A DNA stretch of 63,966 nt, filler included, from a bacterium (GCA_037439705.1; 5 parts of 5 records of this genome joined end to end with filler, not necessarily neighbours in it), one strand, 5' to 3'; shown: positions 28,612 through 39,078, counted from the whole stretch's first letter. Notes: generated from the letters alone by a model not told the origin. Translations and numbers: made by a program.

Positions 28612-30533
28612 GAAAAAGAGTTTCTTTAATTGCAATAGGAAACGAACTCCTTTCAGGAAAAATTAGAGATGAAAACCTTTTTTATGCAGCAAATAAACTC
28701 ACTCCCTTGGGTTTAAATGTTGTTGAAGAAAGAATAATAGGGGATGATGAGGAAAGCATAATTTCTGCATTAAAAGATGCTTCAAAGGTTGCTGATTTCG
28801 TTATAGTAAGCGGAGGGCTGGGACCAACCGAGGATGACAGGACAAGAAAATCTGTTTCAAAATTTCTCAAAAAACCCCTTATTTTGAGGAAGGATATTTT
28901 GAAAGCTCTTTCAGAAAGATTTGAAAAAAGGGGATTGAAAATGCCACTCTCCAACCGTAATCAGGCTCTATTTCCAAAAGGCGCAAAGATCATACCCAAT
29001 CCAGTGGGAACTGCTCCGGGATTCTCTGTGGGATACAAAAAATCACAGATTTTCTTCCTGCCGGGAGTGCCTTCTGAATTCAAGGCAATGCTTGAAGATG
29101 TGCTCAAAAGGATAGGGAAGGGAAAAAATTTGAAGACCGTAAGGTTGAGGGTATTTGGAATTCCGGAATAGGAAATTGCGGACAGGCTCAGGGATTTCTC
29201 TAAAGTATTCAAAGGATTGAACATAGCCTTTCTTCCATCATTTCCAGAAAATATGATTGACTTGAGCGTTCTAAGAAAGGATGAAAAAGAGGCAGAAAGG
29301 CTCATAAATGAAGCGAAGGAATGGATAAAAGAGAAACTGGGAAATTTTCTTTATTCTGAGGGAGAAATCCTTCCCGAAGTGGTCGGGAAAATGTTAAGGG
29401 AGATGAACTGGAAAATAGCCACCGCTGAATCCTGCACGGGCGGACTTGTCTCTTCACTGATAACAGATGTTCCAGGAAGTTCCGATTATTTTAAAGGAGG
29501 ATTTGTAACATATACATACCCTGCAAAATCTCAGTATCTCGGTCTGGATTTAAATATGCTTGAAAAAGATGGGGCTGTAAACGAAAGAACAGCAATTGAG
29601 ATGGCTCGTGGTGCTCTAAGGGCTTTAGAAGCGGATATAGCGGTATCCACCACCGGCATCCTGGGACCGGGAAAGGGAGGAGAAAAAGAAGATGTTGGCA
29701 CTCTCTTTGTTGGAATTGCGTGGAAGAAAGGAGAATTTTCAAAAAAATTGTTCTTCCCTCTTGGAGACAGAAGGGCAAAAAAAATCCTACTCGCATATTT
29801 TGCTCTTGATTCAGTGAGAAGGTTTCTTGAAAGAGAAAAAAGGATGGGAAATTACAGGGAGGTTATAGAAAAGGCAACGAGCGATGGAATTGCCTTTATA
29901 AAGAAGTGTAAAAACGGAAAATGCCCGATTTTTTTCTTCCTCACTGCCAATCCTCCCACAAGGGCTCACAGGACTATTCTTATGGAAGCAATAAAAGAAT
30001 TCTCTCCCGACGAGGTTGTTGTAATGCTTGACCTTTATCATGCTGATAAATCGGTTCAGGAAGCAAGCCTTGAAGAAAGGATAGAGATGATGAGACTCAC
30101 TTTTGAAGGAATTGAAAACTTATCCTTAGGAATTTCTTCAAAGGGACTTTTCGTTGAAAAACTTGACCTCATAAAAAAGCTCTGGGAATCTGAAAAAATT
30201 AGATTTCTTGTAGGCATGGACACAATGTTGAGAATTCTATCCCCATCTTTTTATGAAGACCCTGATTCTGCATGGAAAAAACTCTTTGAAAACTCAGAAT
30301 TCATCGTTGCTGAAAGAATGGATATGGACGAGGAGGAAATCAAAGAGGTTTTGAAAGAAAGAAACCTTGAAGGATATCTCAATAAAATTAAATTCTTGAA
30401 AACCGATCCCTCTATAAGAAAAATTTCATCTACCGAAGTTAGGGAAAGAATAAAAAGAAATCAACCAGTTTCAGATATCCTTCCAGAAATGGTTGAGGAA
30501 TTCATAAGGGAAAGAGGGCTATACAGGGAATAA
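28608..30533 (+). CDS. cinA: CinA (MocF-like + PncC NMN deamidase) fused to a NadD/Pof1-like adenylyltransferase; one in-frame TAG at 29169-29171
   Basis: IGNELLSG, GGLGPTEDD, GTAPG and LPGVP, then FGIPE*EIADRL continuing in frame into ATAESCTGG...STTGILGP, then ANPPTRAH, FLVGMDT and ISSTEVR. Confidence 0.85.
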
Positions 30534-30635
30534 TTTATGGGATTAAAAAGAGGCATTTTCAGATTCCATAATTTTCCATTTGAACCCATTTATCCGCATT
30601 TGAAGTCTTTTCAAAAAACCGCTAAAATTTTTAAA

Positions 30636-31328
30636 ATGGATTTGAAAAGAAGATACGAAGAATTTATGGAAAGGGTGAGAAGAAGAGCTGAGAGCGCTGG
30701 GAGGAATCCATCTGAAATAACAGTTGTTGCTGTTTCAAAAACCTTTCCTCCTCAAGCAATTCTTGAACTTTATTCTTATGGACACAGGGATTTTGGAGAA
30801 AATTACATTCAGGAAGCAAAAAGGAAAATTGAAGAAATAGGTTCATCAGAAATAAGATGGCACATGGTTGGTTCTCTTCAGAAGAACAAGGTTAAGTTCA
30901 TGCCATCCCTCTTTCAGTGGTTTCATGCCCTTGACTCCATGGAATTACTGGCTCTTCTCTCTGAAAAATTTGAAAGTAATGGAAAGATGCTAAACCTGTT
31001 GATTCAAGTAGATTTAACAGGAAAGGAAGGAAGAAGCGGGGTGAATGAAGATGATGTTTTTGAACTGGCGAAAGCCTGTGTTTCAAAAAAGGGAATTTAT
31101 CTAAAAGGTCTTATGACACTTCCACCCCCTCCATCAAAACCTAAAGATTCAAGGCAATTTTTCAGAAGGCTCAGGGAATTGAGGGATGAATATGTCAGAT
31201 CAGGTATTCCCGCTGAATGTATGAAGGAACTCTCAATGGGGATGAGTGATGATTTTGAGGTTGCTATTGAAGAAGGAGCAACAATTCTTAGAATAGGAAG
31301 AGCAATATTTGGAGAAAGGTATGGCTGA
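30636..31328 (+). CDS. yggS: PLP homeostasis protein YggS
   Basis: VAVSK, FGENYIQE, WHMVGSLQKNK, LSMGMSDDF and RIGRAIFG. Start set at ATG 30636, behind a promoter. Confidence 0.95.
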   Translation: MDLKRRYEEFMERVRRRAESAGRNPSEITVVAVSKTFPPQAILELYSYGHRDFGENYIQEAKRKIEEIGSSEIRWHMVGSLQKNKVKFMPSLFQWFHALDSMELLALLSEKFESNGKMLNLLIQVDLTGKEGRSGVNEDDVFELAKACVSKKGIYLKGLMTLPPPPSKPKDSRQFFRRLRELRDEYVRSGIPAECMKELSMGMSDDFEVAIEEGATILRIGRAIFGERYG

Positions 31329-32124
31329 AAGAATAGGAATAATAGGAACAGGAGCAATGGGAGGGACAATTGTTCGCGCCCTTTCATCCCATGGCATGAA
31401 AGAGATTTATGTATTTGATGTTATCAGGTCAAAGATGGAAGAGGTTATTAAAAAAACGGGCGTTCGGGGTAAGAAGGGGCTCGATGACTTCCAGGATGAA
31501 GACCTTGTAATAATAGCGGTCAAACCCAAAGATGTGGAAGATGTCCTACCGCACCTTAATGGATGCATGAAAGATGGTGCTTCTATCATTTCAATAGCAG
31601 CAGGAATAAGAATTAAAAAAATAAGGGAAAAAGTGGTGAGAAAAACAATTCATATAGGAAGGGCGATGCCAAATGTCTGTGCAAGAGTAATGGAAAGTGC
31701 CACCGCTTTATGTTTTGAGAAGGAATTTCCGGAGCCATTAAAAAAACTTTCTCTGAAAATATTTTCCACGCTCGGAAGGGTTTATGAATTTGAGGATGAA
31801 GGATATATGGATGTATTTACTTCCATAGGAGGAAGTGGACCTGCTATTGTGTGGAAATTTTTGAAAGGGATCGAAGATGCTGGCGTTCTGATGGGAATAC
31901 CAAGGGAGAAAGCCTTAGAAATAGGGGTGCAGGTTCTATACGGCTCTGCAAAACTGATAAGGGAAAATGGAGGAACACCGGATGAATTAATAAAATTAGT
32001 TACCTCCCCAGGAGGAACCACGGTGGAAGCACTTTACCATCTTGAAAAAAATGGATTCAACGGAATTCTCATAGAAGCACTCGTTAAGGCTTTTGAGAAA
32101 GCTTCAAAATTAGGGAAAGAGTAA
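31321..32124 (+). CDS. proC: Pyrroline-5-carboxylate reductase
   Basis: GIIGTGAMG, AVKP, RAMPN, GSGPA and VTSPGGTT. Confidence 0.95.
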   Translation: MAERIGIIGTGAMGGTIVRALSSHGMKEIYVFDVIRSKMEEVIKKTGVRGKKGLDDFQDEDLVIIAVKPKDVEDVLPHLNGCMKDGASIISIAAGIRIKKIREKVVRKTIHIGRAMPNVCARVMESATALCFEKEFPEPLKKLSLKIFSTLGRVYEFEDEGYMDVFTSIGGSGPAIVWKFLKGIEDAGVLMGIPREKALEIGVQVLYGSAKLIRENGGTPDELIKLVTSPGGTTVEALYHLEKNGFNGILIEALVKAFEKASKLGKE

Positions 32125-32125
32125 A

Positions 32126-32425
32126 ATGTTTGTTCTCGGGAATTTTCTGGTAGCACTTGGAAAAACCCTGGGAATAGGAATAAAAATCTACATGTTTCTT
32201 GTTATTCTTTCTGCAGTATCCACATGGTTTACGGTTGACCCATTCCATCCAATAATAAGGTTTTTAAGAGGAACAACGGAACCAGTTTTTTCAAGGATTA
32301 GAAGGTTCCTTCCTCCAATTGGGTTTGTGGACATAAGTCCACTTCTGGTCATTCTCATTCTTTATTTCCTCCTACAGTTTCTTCCTCCGACCTTAATTAA
32401 AGCAGGAGGTTCTCTTCAGAATTAG
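32126..32425 (+). CDS. yggT: YggT family membrane protein
   Basis: TEPVFSRIRRFLPPIGFVDISP in a yggS-proC-yggT-divIVA context. Confidence 0.92.
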   Translation: MFVLGNFLVALGKTLGIGIKIYMFLVILSAVSTWFTVDPFHPIIRFLRGTTEPVFSRIRRFLPPIGFVDISPLLVILILYFLLQFLPPTLIKAGGSLQN

Positions 32426-32492
32426 CCATGAAAATTGTTGAAAATAAAAAAATTTATGGTATAATTTTTTTATAAAATTCAGGAGGTAAAAA

Positions 32493-33020
32493 ATGAAACT
32501 CACACCAATGGAGATAGTTCAACAGCATTTTAAAAAGGTTTTAAGAGGATACGACCCCAAAGAAGTGGATGCCTTTCTTGAATTTGTGAAATCAGAAATG
32601 GAAAGTTTGCTTACAGAAAACGGAGCTCTTAGAGATGAGGTTAAAAGACTGGAAAGCCTTATTGAAGAATACAAAGAGAGGGAAAAGAATCTTAACAATG
32701 CTATAATGCTCGCTCAGAAAATAAAGGAAGATATTGAAAAAAACGCCAGAAAGGAAGCGGAAATTATTATTTCGGATGCGAAGATAAAAGCACAGGAGAT
32801 AGTGAACAGTGCCCAACTTCGCGCCATGGAATTGATGAGCGAAATAAAGGAGTTGAAAAGGCAAAAAATAATTTTTGAGAAGCATTTGAAAAATCTAATA
32901 GAGACGCATCTGAAGCTCCTTGAGAGTGAAGAAAAAGAAGGTATAGAGGAGAAAATTGAACCTTTTATAAAGTCATTAGGAATCACGGGAAAGGAGGACA
33001 AAAAATCTTCAAAAACTTGA
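32493..33020 (+). CDS. DivIVA domain protein
   Basis: LTPMEI...FKKVLRGYDPKEVDAFL followed by a coiled coil. Confidence 0.92.
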   Translation: MKLTPMEIVQQHFKKVLRGYDPKEVDAFLEFVKSEMESLLTENGALRDEVKRLESLIEEYKEREKNLNNAIMLAQKIKEDIEKNARKEAEIIISDAKIKAQEIVNSAQLRAMELMSEIKELKRQKIIFEKHLKNLIETHLKLLESEEKEGIEEKIEPFIKSLGITGKEDKKSSKT

Positions 33021-33068
33021 CTTTAATTTTTTTATGACTATTTTTGTTATGTCAAAAGGAGAAGTAAA

Positions 33069-33317
33069 ATGCCCGTTTATGAATATTATTGTGAAGAGTG
33101 CAAAAAAATTTATGAAATAGGGCAGAGGATTTCAGAGGAGCCCATTCGGATATGTCCTCACTGCGGTTCAGGAAAGTTCAAAAGAATAATCTCAGCTACA
33201 AGCTTTGTGTTAAAGGGGTCCGGATGGTATAAAACAGACTATACGGATTACGGAAAGAGAAAAAAAGAAGAAGAGAAGAGTTCAAAGAGCGAGGCTAAAG
33301 TTGACAAAAATGATTGA
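33069..33317 (+). CDS. FmdB family zinc-ribbon protein
   Basis: MPVYEYYCEEC...CPHCG...FVLKGSGWYKTDY. Confidence 0.92.
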   Translation: MPVYEYYCEECKKIYEIGQRISEEPIRICPHCGSGKFKRIISATSFVLKGSGWYKTDYTDYGKRKKEEEKSSKSEAKVDKND

Positions 33318-33342
33318 CAATGAAACTTTTTTATTTTATAAT
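33314..33342 (+). promoter_or_regulatory. Consensus sigma-70 promoter
   Basis: TTGACA-17 nt-TATAAT exactly, upstream of the 33372 ORF. Confidence 0.8.
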
Positions 33343-33371
33343 ATATCTAAATTATTAAAAGGGGTAAAAAA

Positions 33372-33560
33372 GTGAGATGCCCGAGATGTAAAGGATTGAT
33401 GATGATGGAAAGGTTTCAGGATACCTCGGAGTTCTACAATGCATGGCATTGTCTGAACTGTGGAGAAATTATAGATAGTAACATTATCGGGAACAGGCTT
33501 AATCCGCCTGATTATAACCCGAGAAAAAAGCCAAGAAGAAGACGCTCTAAGAAGTTTTAA
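33372..33560 (+). CDS. Small zinc-finger protein with a basic tail
   Basis: CPRC...CLNCG and an Arg/Lys-rich C-terminus; has its own promoter and terminator. Confidence 0.8.
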   Translation: MRCPRCKGLMMMERFQDTSEFYNAWHCLNCGEIIDSNIIGNRLNPPDYNPRKKPRRRRSKKF

Positions 33561-33589
33561 AATAGCCCACACTTCCTCCCTCCCCTCCT

Positions 33590-33623
33590 AAGTGGGGGCG
33601 TTAAGCCCCCACTTCTATTTTTA
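33590..33623 (+). terminator. Intrinsic terminator
   Basis: AAGTGGGGGC-GTTAA-GCCCCCACTT perfect 10-bp stem followed by a T-rich tail. Confidence 0.85.
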
Positions 33624-33659
33624 TGTGGTCTTGTTTCTGGAAAAAAGTCAATCTCTTTT

Positions 33660-33992
33660 TTATTCGGCGAGTTTTCTGTAAAAACAGGTTCTATTCCCTG
33701 TATGGCAGGCAGGTCCTTTCTGTTCAACTAAATAGATGAGAGCATCTCCATCACAATCATAAAGAATTTCTTTGACGGCCTGAGTATTTCCAGATGTTTC
33801 TCCTTTCATCCACAATTTCTTTCTTGACCTGCTGTAATAATGAGCATATCCGGTCTCAATGGTCTTCAAAATGGCTTCTTCATTTGCATAGGCAACCATT
33901 AACACTTCAAGACTTGAGACTTCCTGAACAATCACAGGAATGAGCCCATTATCGTCAAACTTGAGGTCCTTTATTTCTGCAACTTTTTTCAT
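33660..33992 (-). CDS. hisI: Phosphoribosyl-AMP cyclohydrolase
   Basis: [21 protein letters not shown] and ACHTG...CF. Confidence 0.96.
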   Translation of the reverse strand: MKKVAEIKDLKFDDNGLIPVIVQEVSSLEVLMVAYANEEAILKTIETGYAHYYSRSRKKLWMKGETSGNTQAVKEILYDCDGDALIYLVEQKGPACHTGNRTCFYRKLAE

Positions 33993-34115
33993 TCCGTATT
34001 CCTACTTTATCAGTTTTAAAAATCTATGCCACTATTTTTTAAACAAAAACTTGACAAGAAAAAATTTAGAAGTTATTATAATAAAAAAGCAATCTTTTAT
34101 TGTTTTTTCAGAGCA

Positions 34116-35582
34116 ATGCGGAGGAGAAAAAAAATAGATTCAGAAAAAGCTGAGGATTTAGAAGTGTTTGAAAATCAGAAGAATGGGGAAAATATGGAAG
34201 ATAAAGAGCAGGAAGAGAAGAAGGTGGAGGAGGAAAAACCTCAGGAAGAAATGGATATTGAAAAGGCAGTAAAAATTGCGGAAAAGAAAGAACCACTTAT
34301 GTTAAAATACCTTAAAAAGATGAAAATCTCCGCCCTCTTTGAACTTGCCCGAGCCCTTGATATACCCGACCCAGCTTCTATGAGAAAACATGAACTGATA
34401 TACGCCATTCTAACAAAAAGTGCTGAAAGAGGACAACCGATATATGGAGAGGGTGTACTTGATATTATTTATCCAAACAGTAAAGGAGATAAAACAGAAC
34501 AGAAGGCTTATGGATTTTTAAGGTCCTATGAGATAAGCTATTTACAGGGTCCTGACGATATATATGTTGGACCGGGGCTCATTTCAAAATTCAACCTGCG
34601 GGTTGGAGATACCGTATATGGAGAATTGAGACCCCCCAGTGGTTCTGAAAAGTATTTTGCTCTGGCAAGAATAGAGGAAATAAACTTCCAGGAACCCGAG
34701 AAGGCTCTTGCCCGACCACTTTTTGAAAATCTCACCCCTCTTTTTCCTAACAAAAAATTTGCATTGGAGGTAGACGGAAAAAATCTATCAATGAGGATTG
34801 TTGACCTTTTCACCCCTATTGGAAAGGGTCAGAGATGTTTAATTGTTTCTCCCCCCAGAGCAGGGAAAACCGTGCTATTACAAAACATAGCCAATTCCAT
34901 AACAGCAACTCATCCTGAAGTGTTTCTAATAGTTCTTCTCATTGATGAGCGTCCAGAGGAAGTAACTGAAATGGAGAGAAATGTAAAAGGAGAGGTCATA
35001 AGCTCCACCTTTGATGAACCTGCTCAGAGGCATACAGTTGTTGCAGAGATAGTTCTTGAAAAAGCAAAGAGATTGGTTGAACATGGCTATGATGTGGTCA
35101 TCCTGCTTGATAGTATAACAAGGCTTGCAAGGGCTTATAATGCTATAACCCCAGCAAGCGGTAAAGTTCTTTCAGGAGGCGTTGATTCAAATGCCCTTCA
35201 CAAGCCTAAAAGATTCTTTGGAGCTGCAAGAAACATAGAAGAGGGAGGAAGCCTTACAATAATTGGAACCGCCCTTATAGATACCGGAAGTAGAATGGAT
35301 GAAGTGATATTTGAAGAGTTCAAAGGGACAGGAAATTGTGAAATTTATCTTGACAGGAGATTGGCTGAGAAGAGAGTGTTCCCAGCCATAGATATCAACA
35401 AGTCTGGAACAAGGAGGGAAGAGCTTCTACTTGATGAATATACCCTGAACAGGATATGGGTTTTGAGAAAAACTATCCTTCAACCTATGAACACAATTGA
35501 TTGTATGGAATTGCTCATAGAGCAGATGAGCAAAACAAAATCCAACAAAGAATTTATAGATAAAATGAGCGAGGAAGGTTGA
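34116..35582 (+). CDS. rho: Transcription termination factor Rho with a charged N-terminal extension (start 34116 or 34194)
   Basis: [38 protein letters not shown] and [15 protein letters not shown]-17-TATTAT promoter at 34051-34079 argues against the 34026 start. Confidence 0.96.
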   Translation: MRRRKKIDSEKAEDLEVFENQKNGENMEDKEQEEKKVEEEKPQEEMDIEKAVKIAEKKEPLMLKYLKKMKISALFELARALDIPDPASMRKHELIYAILTKSAERGQPIYGEGVLDIIYPNSKGDKTEQKAYGFLRSYEISYLQGPDDIYVGPGLISKFNLRVGDTVYGELRPPSGSEKYFALARIEEINFQEPEKALARPLFENLTPLFPNKKFALEVDGKNLSMRIVDLFTPIGKGQRCLIVSPPRAGKTVLLQNIANSITATHPEVFLIVLLIDERPEEVTEMERNVKGEVISSTFDEPAQRHTVVAEIVLEKAKRLVEHGYDVVILLDSITRLARAYNAITPASGKVLSGGVDSNALHKPKRFFGAARNIEEGGSLTIIGTALIDTGSRMDEVIFEEFKGTGNCEIYLDRRLAEKRVFPAIDINKSGTRREELLLDEYTLNRIWVLRKTILQPMNTIDCMELLIEQMSKTKSNKEFIDKMSEEG

Positions 35583-35626
35583 AACCCTTTTTAATATAGA
35601 GAGTCTAAATCTAACTGGAGGAAAAA

Positions 35627-36442
35627 ATGAAAATAATTAAAAAAACACCAATAAATAATTATGTGGCCGCAATAAAAAAATATCCGGTGTTAAGCAGGGA
35701 GGAAGAAAGGGAACTGGCTATCCGCTACAAAGAAAAAGGCGATCTTGACGCAGCCAAAAAACTCGTGCTTTCAAACCTGAGATTTGTCATCAAAATAGCG
35801 CTTGAATATAAGCACTTCGGAATTGACTTGTCTGAACTAATACAGGAAGGGACCCTCGGCCTCATGATGGCAGTGAAAAAGTATAACCCGTACAAGGGAT
35901 ATAAACTTATATCCTATGCAGTTTGGTGGATAAGGGCGTATATCCACAACTACATAATGGCAAACTTCAGCATAATAAAAATGGGAACGAGGCTCGTGGA
36001 CAGAAAACTTTTTCCTCATTTAAAAGAAATCTCGCAGGGAGAAGAAGCAACAAAAGAACTGGCTGAAAAGTTAGGAGTTGAGGAAAAAGATATTCTTGAA
36101 ATGGAAATGAAAATAGCAAATAAGGACTTTTCACTTGATTATGAGCTATTTGAGGAGGGGAAGGTAAAATTTGGTGATTTCGTAAAAGATGATTCTCCAA
36201 CTCCAGAAGAAGAGGTTATGAGGGCAGAGGAAGCACAGATTATTAATAAAAAAATTGAAGAAGCAAAGAAAACCCTTGAACCAGTTGAAAGATATATTAT
36301 TGAGAAGAGGGTTTTAAGCGAAAATCCGGTGACCCTTCAGGAAATAGGTGATGAACTTCATCTTTCAAAAGAAAGGGTTAGACAGATTGAAAAGAGAGCA
36401 TTTCAAAAAATCAAAACAGCAATTCAACCGTATGGAAGTTAA
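35627..36442 (+). CDS. RpoH/sigma-32-family alternative sigma factor
   Basis: NLRFVIKIA, SYAVWWIRAYI, RpoH-box-like IKMGT..DRKLF and SKERVRQIE. Confidence 0.88.
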   Translation: MKIIKKTPINNYVAAIKKYPVLSREEERELAIRYKEKGDLDAAKKLVLSNLRFVIKIALEYKHFGIDLSELIQEGTLGLMMAVKKYNPYKGYKLISYAVWWIRAYIHNYIMANFSIIKMGTRLVDRKLFPHLKEISQGEEATKELAEKLGVEEKDILEMEMKIANKDFSLDYELFEEGKVKFGDFVKDDSPTPEEEVMRAEEAQIINKKIEEAKKTLEPVERYIIEKRVLSENPVTLQEIGDELHLSKERVRQIEKRAFQKIKTAIQPYGS

Positions 36443-36482
36443 TGGATTTTTAGGAAAAACATTCCAGCCCCTGTAAAATCTA

Positions 36483-36896
36483 TCACCAGATAAGTCCTTC
36501 TAATTCTTTAACATTTGCAAGTTCAGGAAAGCGTTGAAGGTCAGGTTCGGCAAGTAGTTCGTCATCTAAGAAATGGAGGAATAAAGAAAATTTGAGGGTC
36601 ATATTCAGGCAGTTTTGAAGTTGCAAAATCGTTCCCTAAAAAACTTTTTCTGAACCAAAGAATTCTTTCACCCTTACAAGATACTTACGAAGGGCTTCCC
36701 ATTTTGGACTTCCAACCTTGGGCTCAAAATAACGTGGTGTAAACATCCATGAAGCATAGGATTTCCCTTTATAAGTGAAACATTTCCATTCAGAAAATGT
36801 TATATCTACGCTACGAAAAACACCAAAAACAGCATTAACCTCTTCCTGACTCCTTTGTAATCTATTTTCCACCATAATCACAAAGTTAACACCCAT
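36483..36896 (-). pseudogene. Orphan ORF interrupted at 36636-36638
   Basis: The 86-aa ORF stops at TAG after a T run, but the same frame continues to a protein-like tail, LDDELLAEPDLQRFPELANVKELEGLIW, ending at TGA 36483-36485. Confidence 0.5.
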
Positions 36897-36916
36897 TTGT
36901 TTTTAGAAACATAAAA

Positions 36917-36988
36917 AGCGGGAGACGGGCTTCGAACCCGCGACCCCGGGCTTGGGAAGCCCGTGTTCTACCCCTGAACTACTCCCGC
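36917..36988 (-). tRNA. tRNA-Gly(CCC); CCA not encoded
   Basis: The reverse complement GCGGGAGTAGTTCAGGGGTAGAACACGGGCTTCCCAAGCCCGGGGTCGCGGGTTCGAAGCCCGTCTCCCGCT folds as a cloverleaf. Confidence 0.96.
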
Positions 36989-36992
36989 TTCA

Positions 36993-37901
36993 TTACTTTT
37001 CTTCAAGTTTTTCATCAACAAGATGTTCTAATTCCACATCTATCTTTTCTTCTTTTTTAAAAAAATTTCTCGGACTCTCTTCATCTTCCTTCTTAAAACC
37101 AAAATCCTCCGCTACCATTTCAACCACCTTTTTTGTAACCTTCTCTAATTTTAGCAGAAAAGATTCAAAAAGGCAATTGTCACATATTATGTTTATCCTT
37201 CTTGGATTTCCTCCTGAATACCGATGAATAAGAGGATATGTATCAGGTTCAAACAAACTTCTATATGCTCCCGCAAGTTTCAATCTATGTTCTATATAAG
37301 CTTTTGTGGATTCTTCAGTAAATGGTTCAAGCCGATATTTCAATGCTACCCTGTGAGCAAGTGGTTCATCCATTTCCAAAACATCTTCAAGCTCCGGGAG
37401 CCCGAACAATATAAAGGTGATTAGTTTCTTAGATTCAGATTCTATATTAAGTAAACCCCTCAACTCCTCCATCAGTTCTTTTTTGTTAAGCATCTGGGCT
37501 TCATCTATAAGCACAATCGCTTTTTTCTTCATATCTGCAATTTTGAAGAGCCTTTCTGTAAGTGCTGAAAGAATGGATATCTTATCCTTTTCCACATCTT
37601 TTACCCCCATCTGTATTGCAATTTTTTTCAAAAGCCATTCAGGAGTTATGTCTGAGTGAACAATTACGAAAAGTGCTGCCTCATACTCCTCCTCAGGGAG
37701 GGACTCAAATGCTCTTCTCGCCAGTGTAGTTTTGCCTGTCCCAATATCACCCAGAAGAACCGCGAGTCCCTTCATTGATTCAGCTGCGTAAAGTAGACGA
37801 ACAAGAGCCTTTGAATGCTGGGGACTGTTGTAATAAAACCGGGGATCAGGGGTGTTTGAAAATGGCTCTTCCTTTAAATTGTAAAATTCAAGGTAGCTCA
37901 T
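36993..37901 (-). CDS. ExeA/GspA-family AAA ATPase
   Basis: YLEFYNLKEEPFSNTPDPRFYY, GDIGTGKTT, LIDEAQ, GLPEL and SGGNPRRIN. Confidence 0.92.
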   Translation of the reverse strand: MSYLEFYNLKEEPFSNTPDPRFYYNSPQHSKALVRLLYAAESMKGLAVLLGDIGTGKTTLARRAFESLPEEEYEAALFVIVHSDITPEWLLKKIAIQMGVKDVEKDKISILSALTERLFKIADMKKKAIVLIDEAQMLNKKELMEELRGLLNIESESKKLITFILFGLPELEDVLEMDEPLAHRVALKYRLEPFTEESTKAYIEHRLKLAGAYRSLFEPDTYPLIHRYSGGNPRRINIICDNCLFESFLLKLEKVTKKVVEMVAEDFGFKKEDEESPRNFFKKEEKIDVELEHLVDEKLEEK

Positions 37902-38568
37902 TTACATATAGTGAATTTTCTTTTTCCTCCTTGCAGTGGTAATATCTTTTACTTCCGCTATAGGTTCTTCTGGAACTTCTGCTTTCTTTACTCCTTCAAG
38001 TTCTGAAATAATTTTTTCAATCGCCTCCCTCTCCTTCTTTCTAAACCCTTCATCTGTTCTTGGAAGAAGGGAAAGGGCTTCTTTATAATAATTCAATGCT
38101 TCGGCAATTTCTCCATTTCTTTTCATCATGTCTCCAAGTTCTTTTTTAATCATGGCTTTCCCTTCATCGTCTATCTCTTCCAAAAGGGCTTTGGAAGCAA
38201 ACTCCATTGCCATCTGAACATCTCCATTCCTTGCATAACACCTTGAGATAAGTGAATAGATTGTTACCCTCTTCAAAGGGTCTGAAGAGCATATTTTAAA
38301 TTCTTTTATTGCCTCATCCCATAGCCCCATATCCATATAAGCGTGTCCGAGTTCATAATGGGTTTGAGTGTCTTCCGGGGAACAAACTTCATTTACCTTC
38401 TTCTTAAACTCCTCAAGAACCTCTTTAAGGATTTCTTCATCTTCTTCCCTTCCCTCTTCTTTTATTATATCCTGTAGATTCTCTCGGGATTTACTTTCCA
38501 AAAGGATTTCTTGAGGTTTAATCTCCATTTCAATCTCTTTTAAGAGAGAGGTTGCAAAAACATTTTTG
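37902..38568 (-). CDS. TPR protein, C-terminal part (5'-truncated by the contig end)
   Basis: EDTQTHYELGHAYMDMGLWDEAIKEF and further TPR helices. The frame is open to the gap. Confidence 0.85.
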
Positions 38569-38668
38569 NNNNNNNNNNNNNNNNNNNNNNNNNNNNNNNN
38601 NNNNNNNNNNNNTTAATTAATTAANNNNNNNNNNNNNNNNNNNNNNNNNNNNNNNNNNNNNNNNNNNN
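38569..38668. other. Artificial contig linker
   Basis: N44-TTAATTAATTAA-N44. Confidence 0.98.
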
Positions 38669-38670
38669 TA

Positions 38671-39078
38671 ATCAATGCATTAACCACAAAACTAAATGAA
38701 AAAAAAATTATTATTGATAAGAATTATTGCCACCCAGTCCCAGTGATTAATGTAGATATTGATAATATGAGGTCATGTATATTGAATATAATTCTGAATT
38801 CCATAGACGCAATGAAGGAAGGCGGAAAAATTAAAATAAGCACAACTTTTGATGAGGATAAAGTTATACTCACTTTTGAGGATACAGGTGAGGGAATAGC
38901 ATCCGAAAACATTGATAAAATTTTTGACCCATTTTTCACAACCAAAAAGACAGGCATAGGGATTGGTTTAGCCATAACAAAAAGAATTGTTGAAGCCCAT
39001 GGAGGAAGCATTGGTGTAGAGAGCGAGCAGGGGAAAGGGACAAAAATAATGATAAAAATTGACAAATATGAGGGGTAA
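38671..39078 (+). CDS. Sensor histidine kinase, C-terminal HATPase fragment
   Basis: N box NIILNSIDAM, DTGEGI, FDPFFTTK and GIGLAI. Confidence 0.92.
   Translation: MNALTTKLNEKKIIIDKNYCHPVPVINVDIDNMRSCILNIILNSIDAMKEGGKIKISTTFDEDKVILTFEDTGEGIASENIDKIFDPFFTTKKTGIGIGLAITKRIVEAHGGSIGVESEQGKGTKIMIKIDKYEG

Noticed and set aside
29169-29171. Amber recoding (pyrrolysine or an alternative genetic code)
   Set aside because: The in-frame TAGs fall at positions expecting different residues (Ser, Glu), TAG ends ordinary genes here (17375, 19326, 25049, 32425), and no pyl genes are in view.
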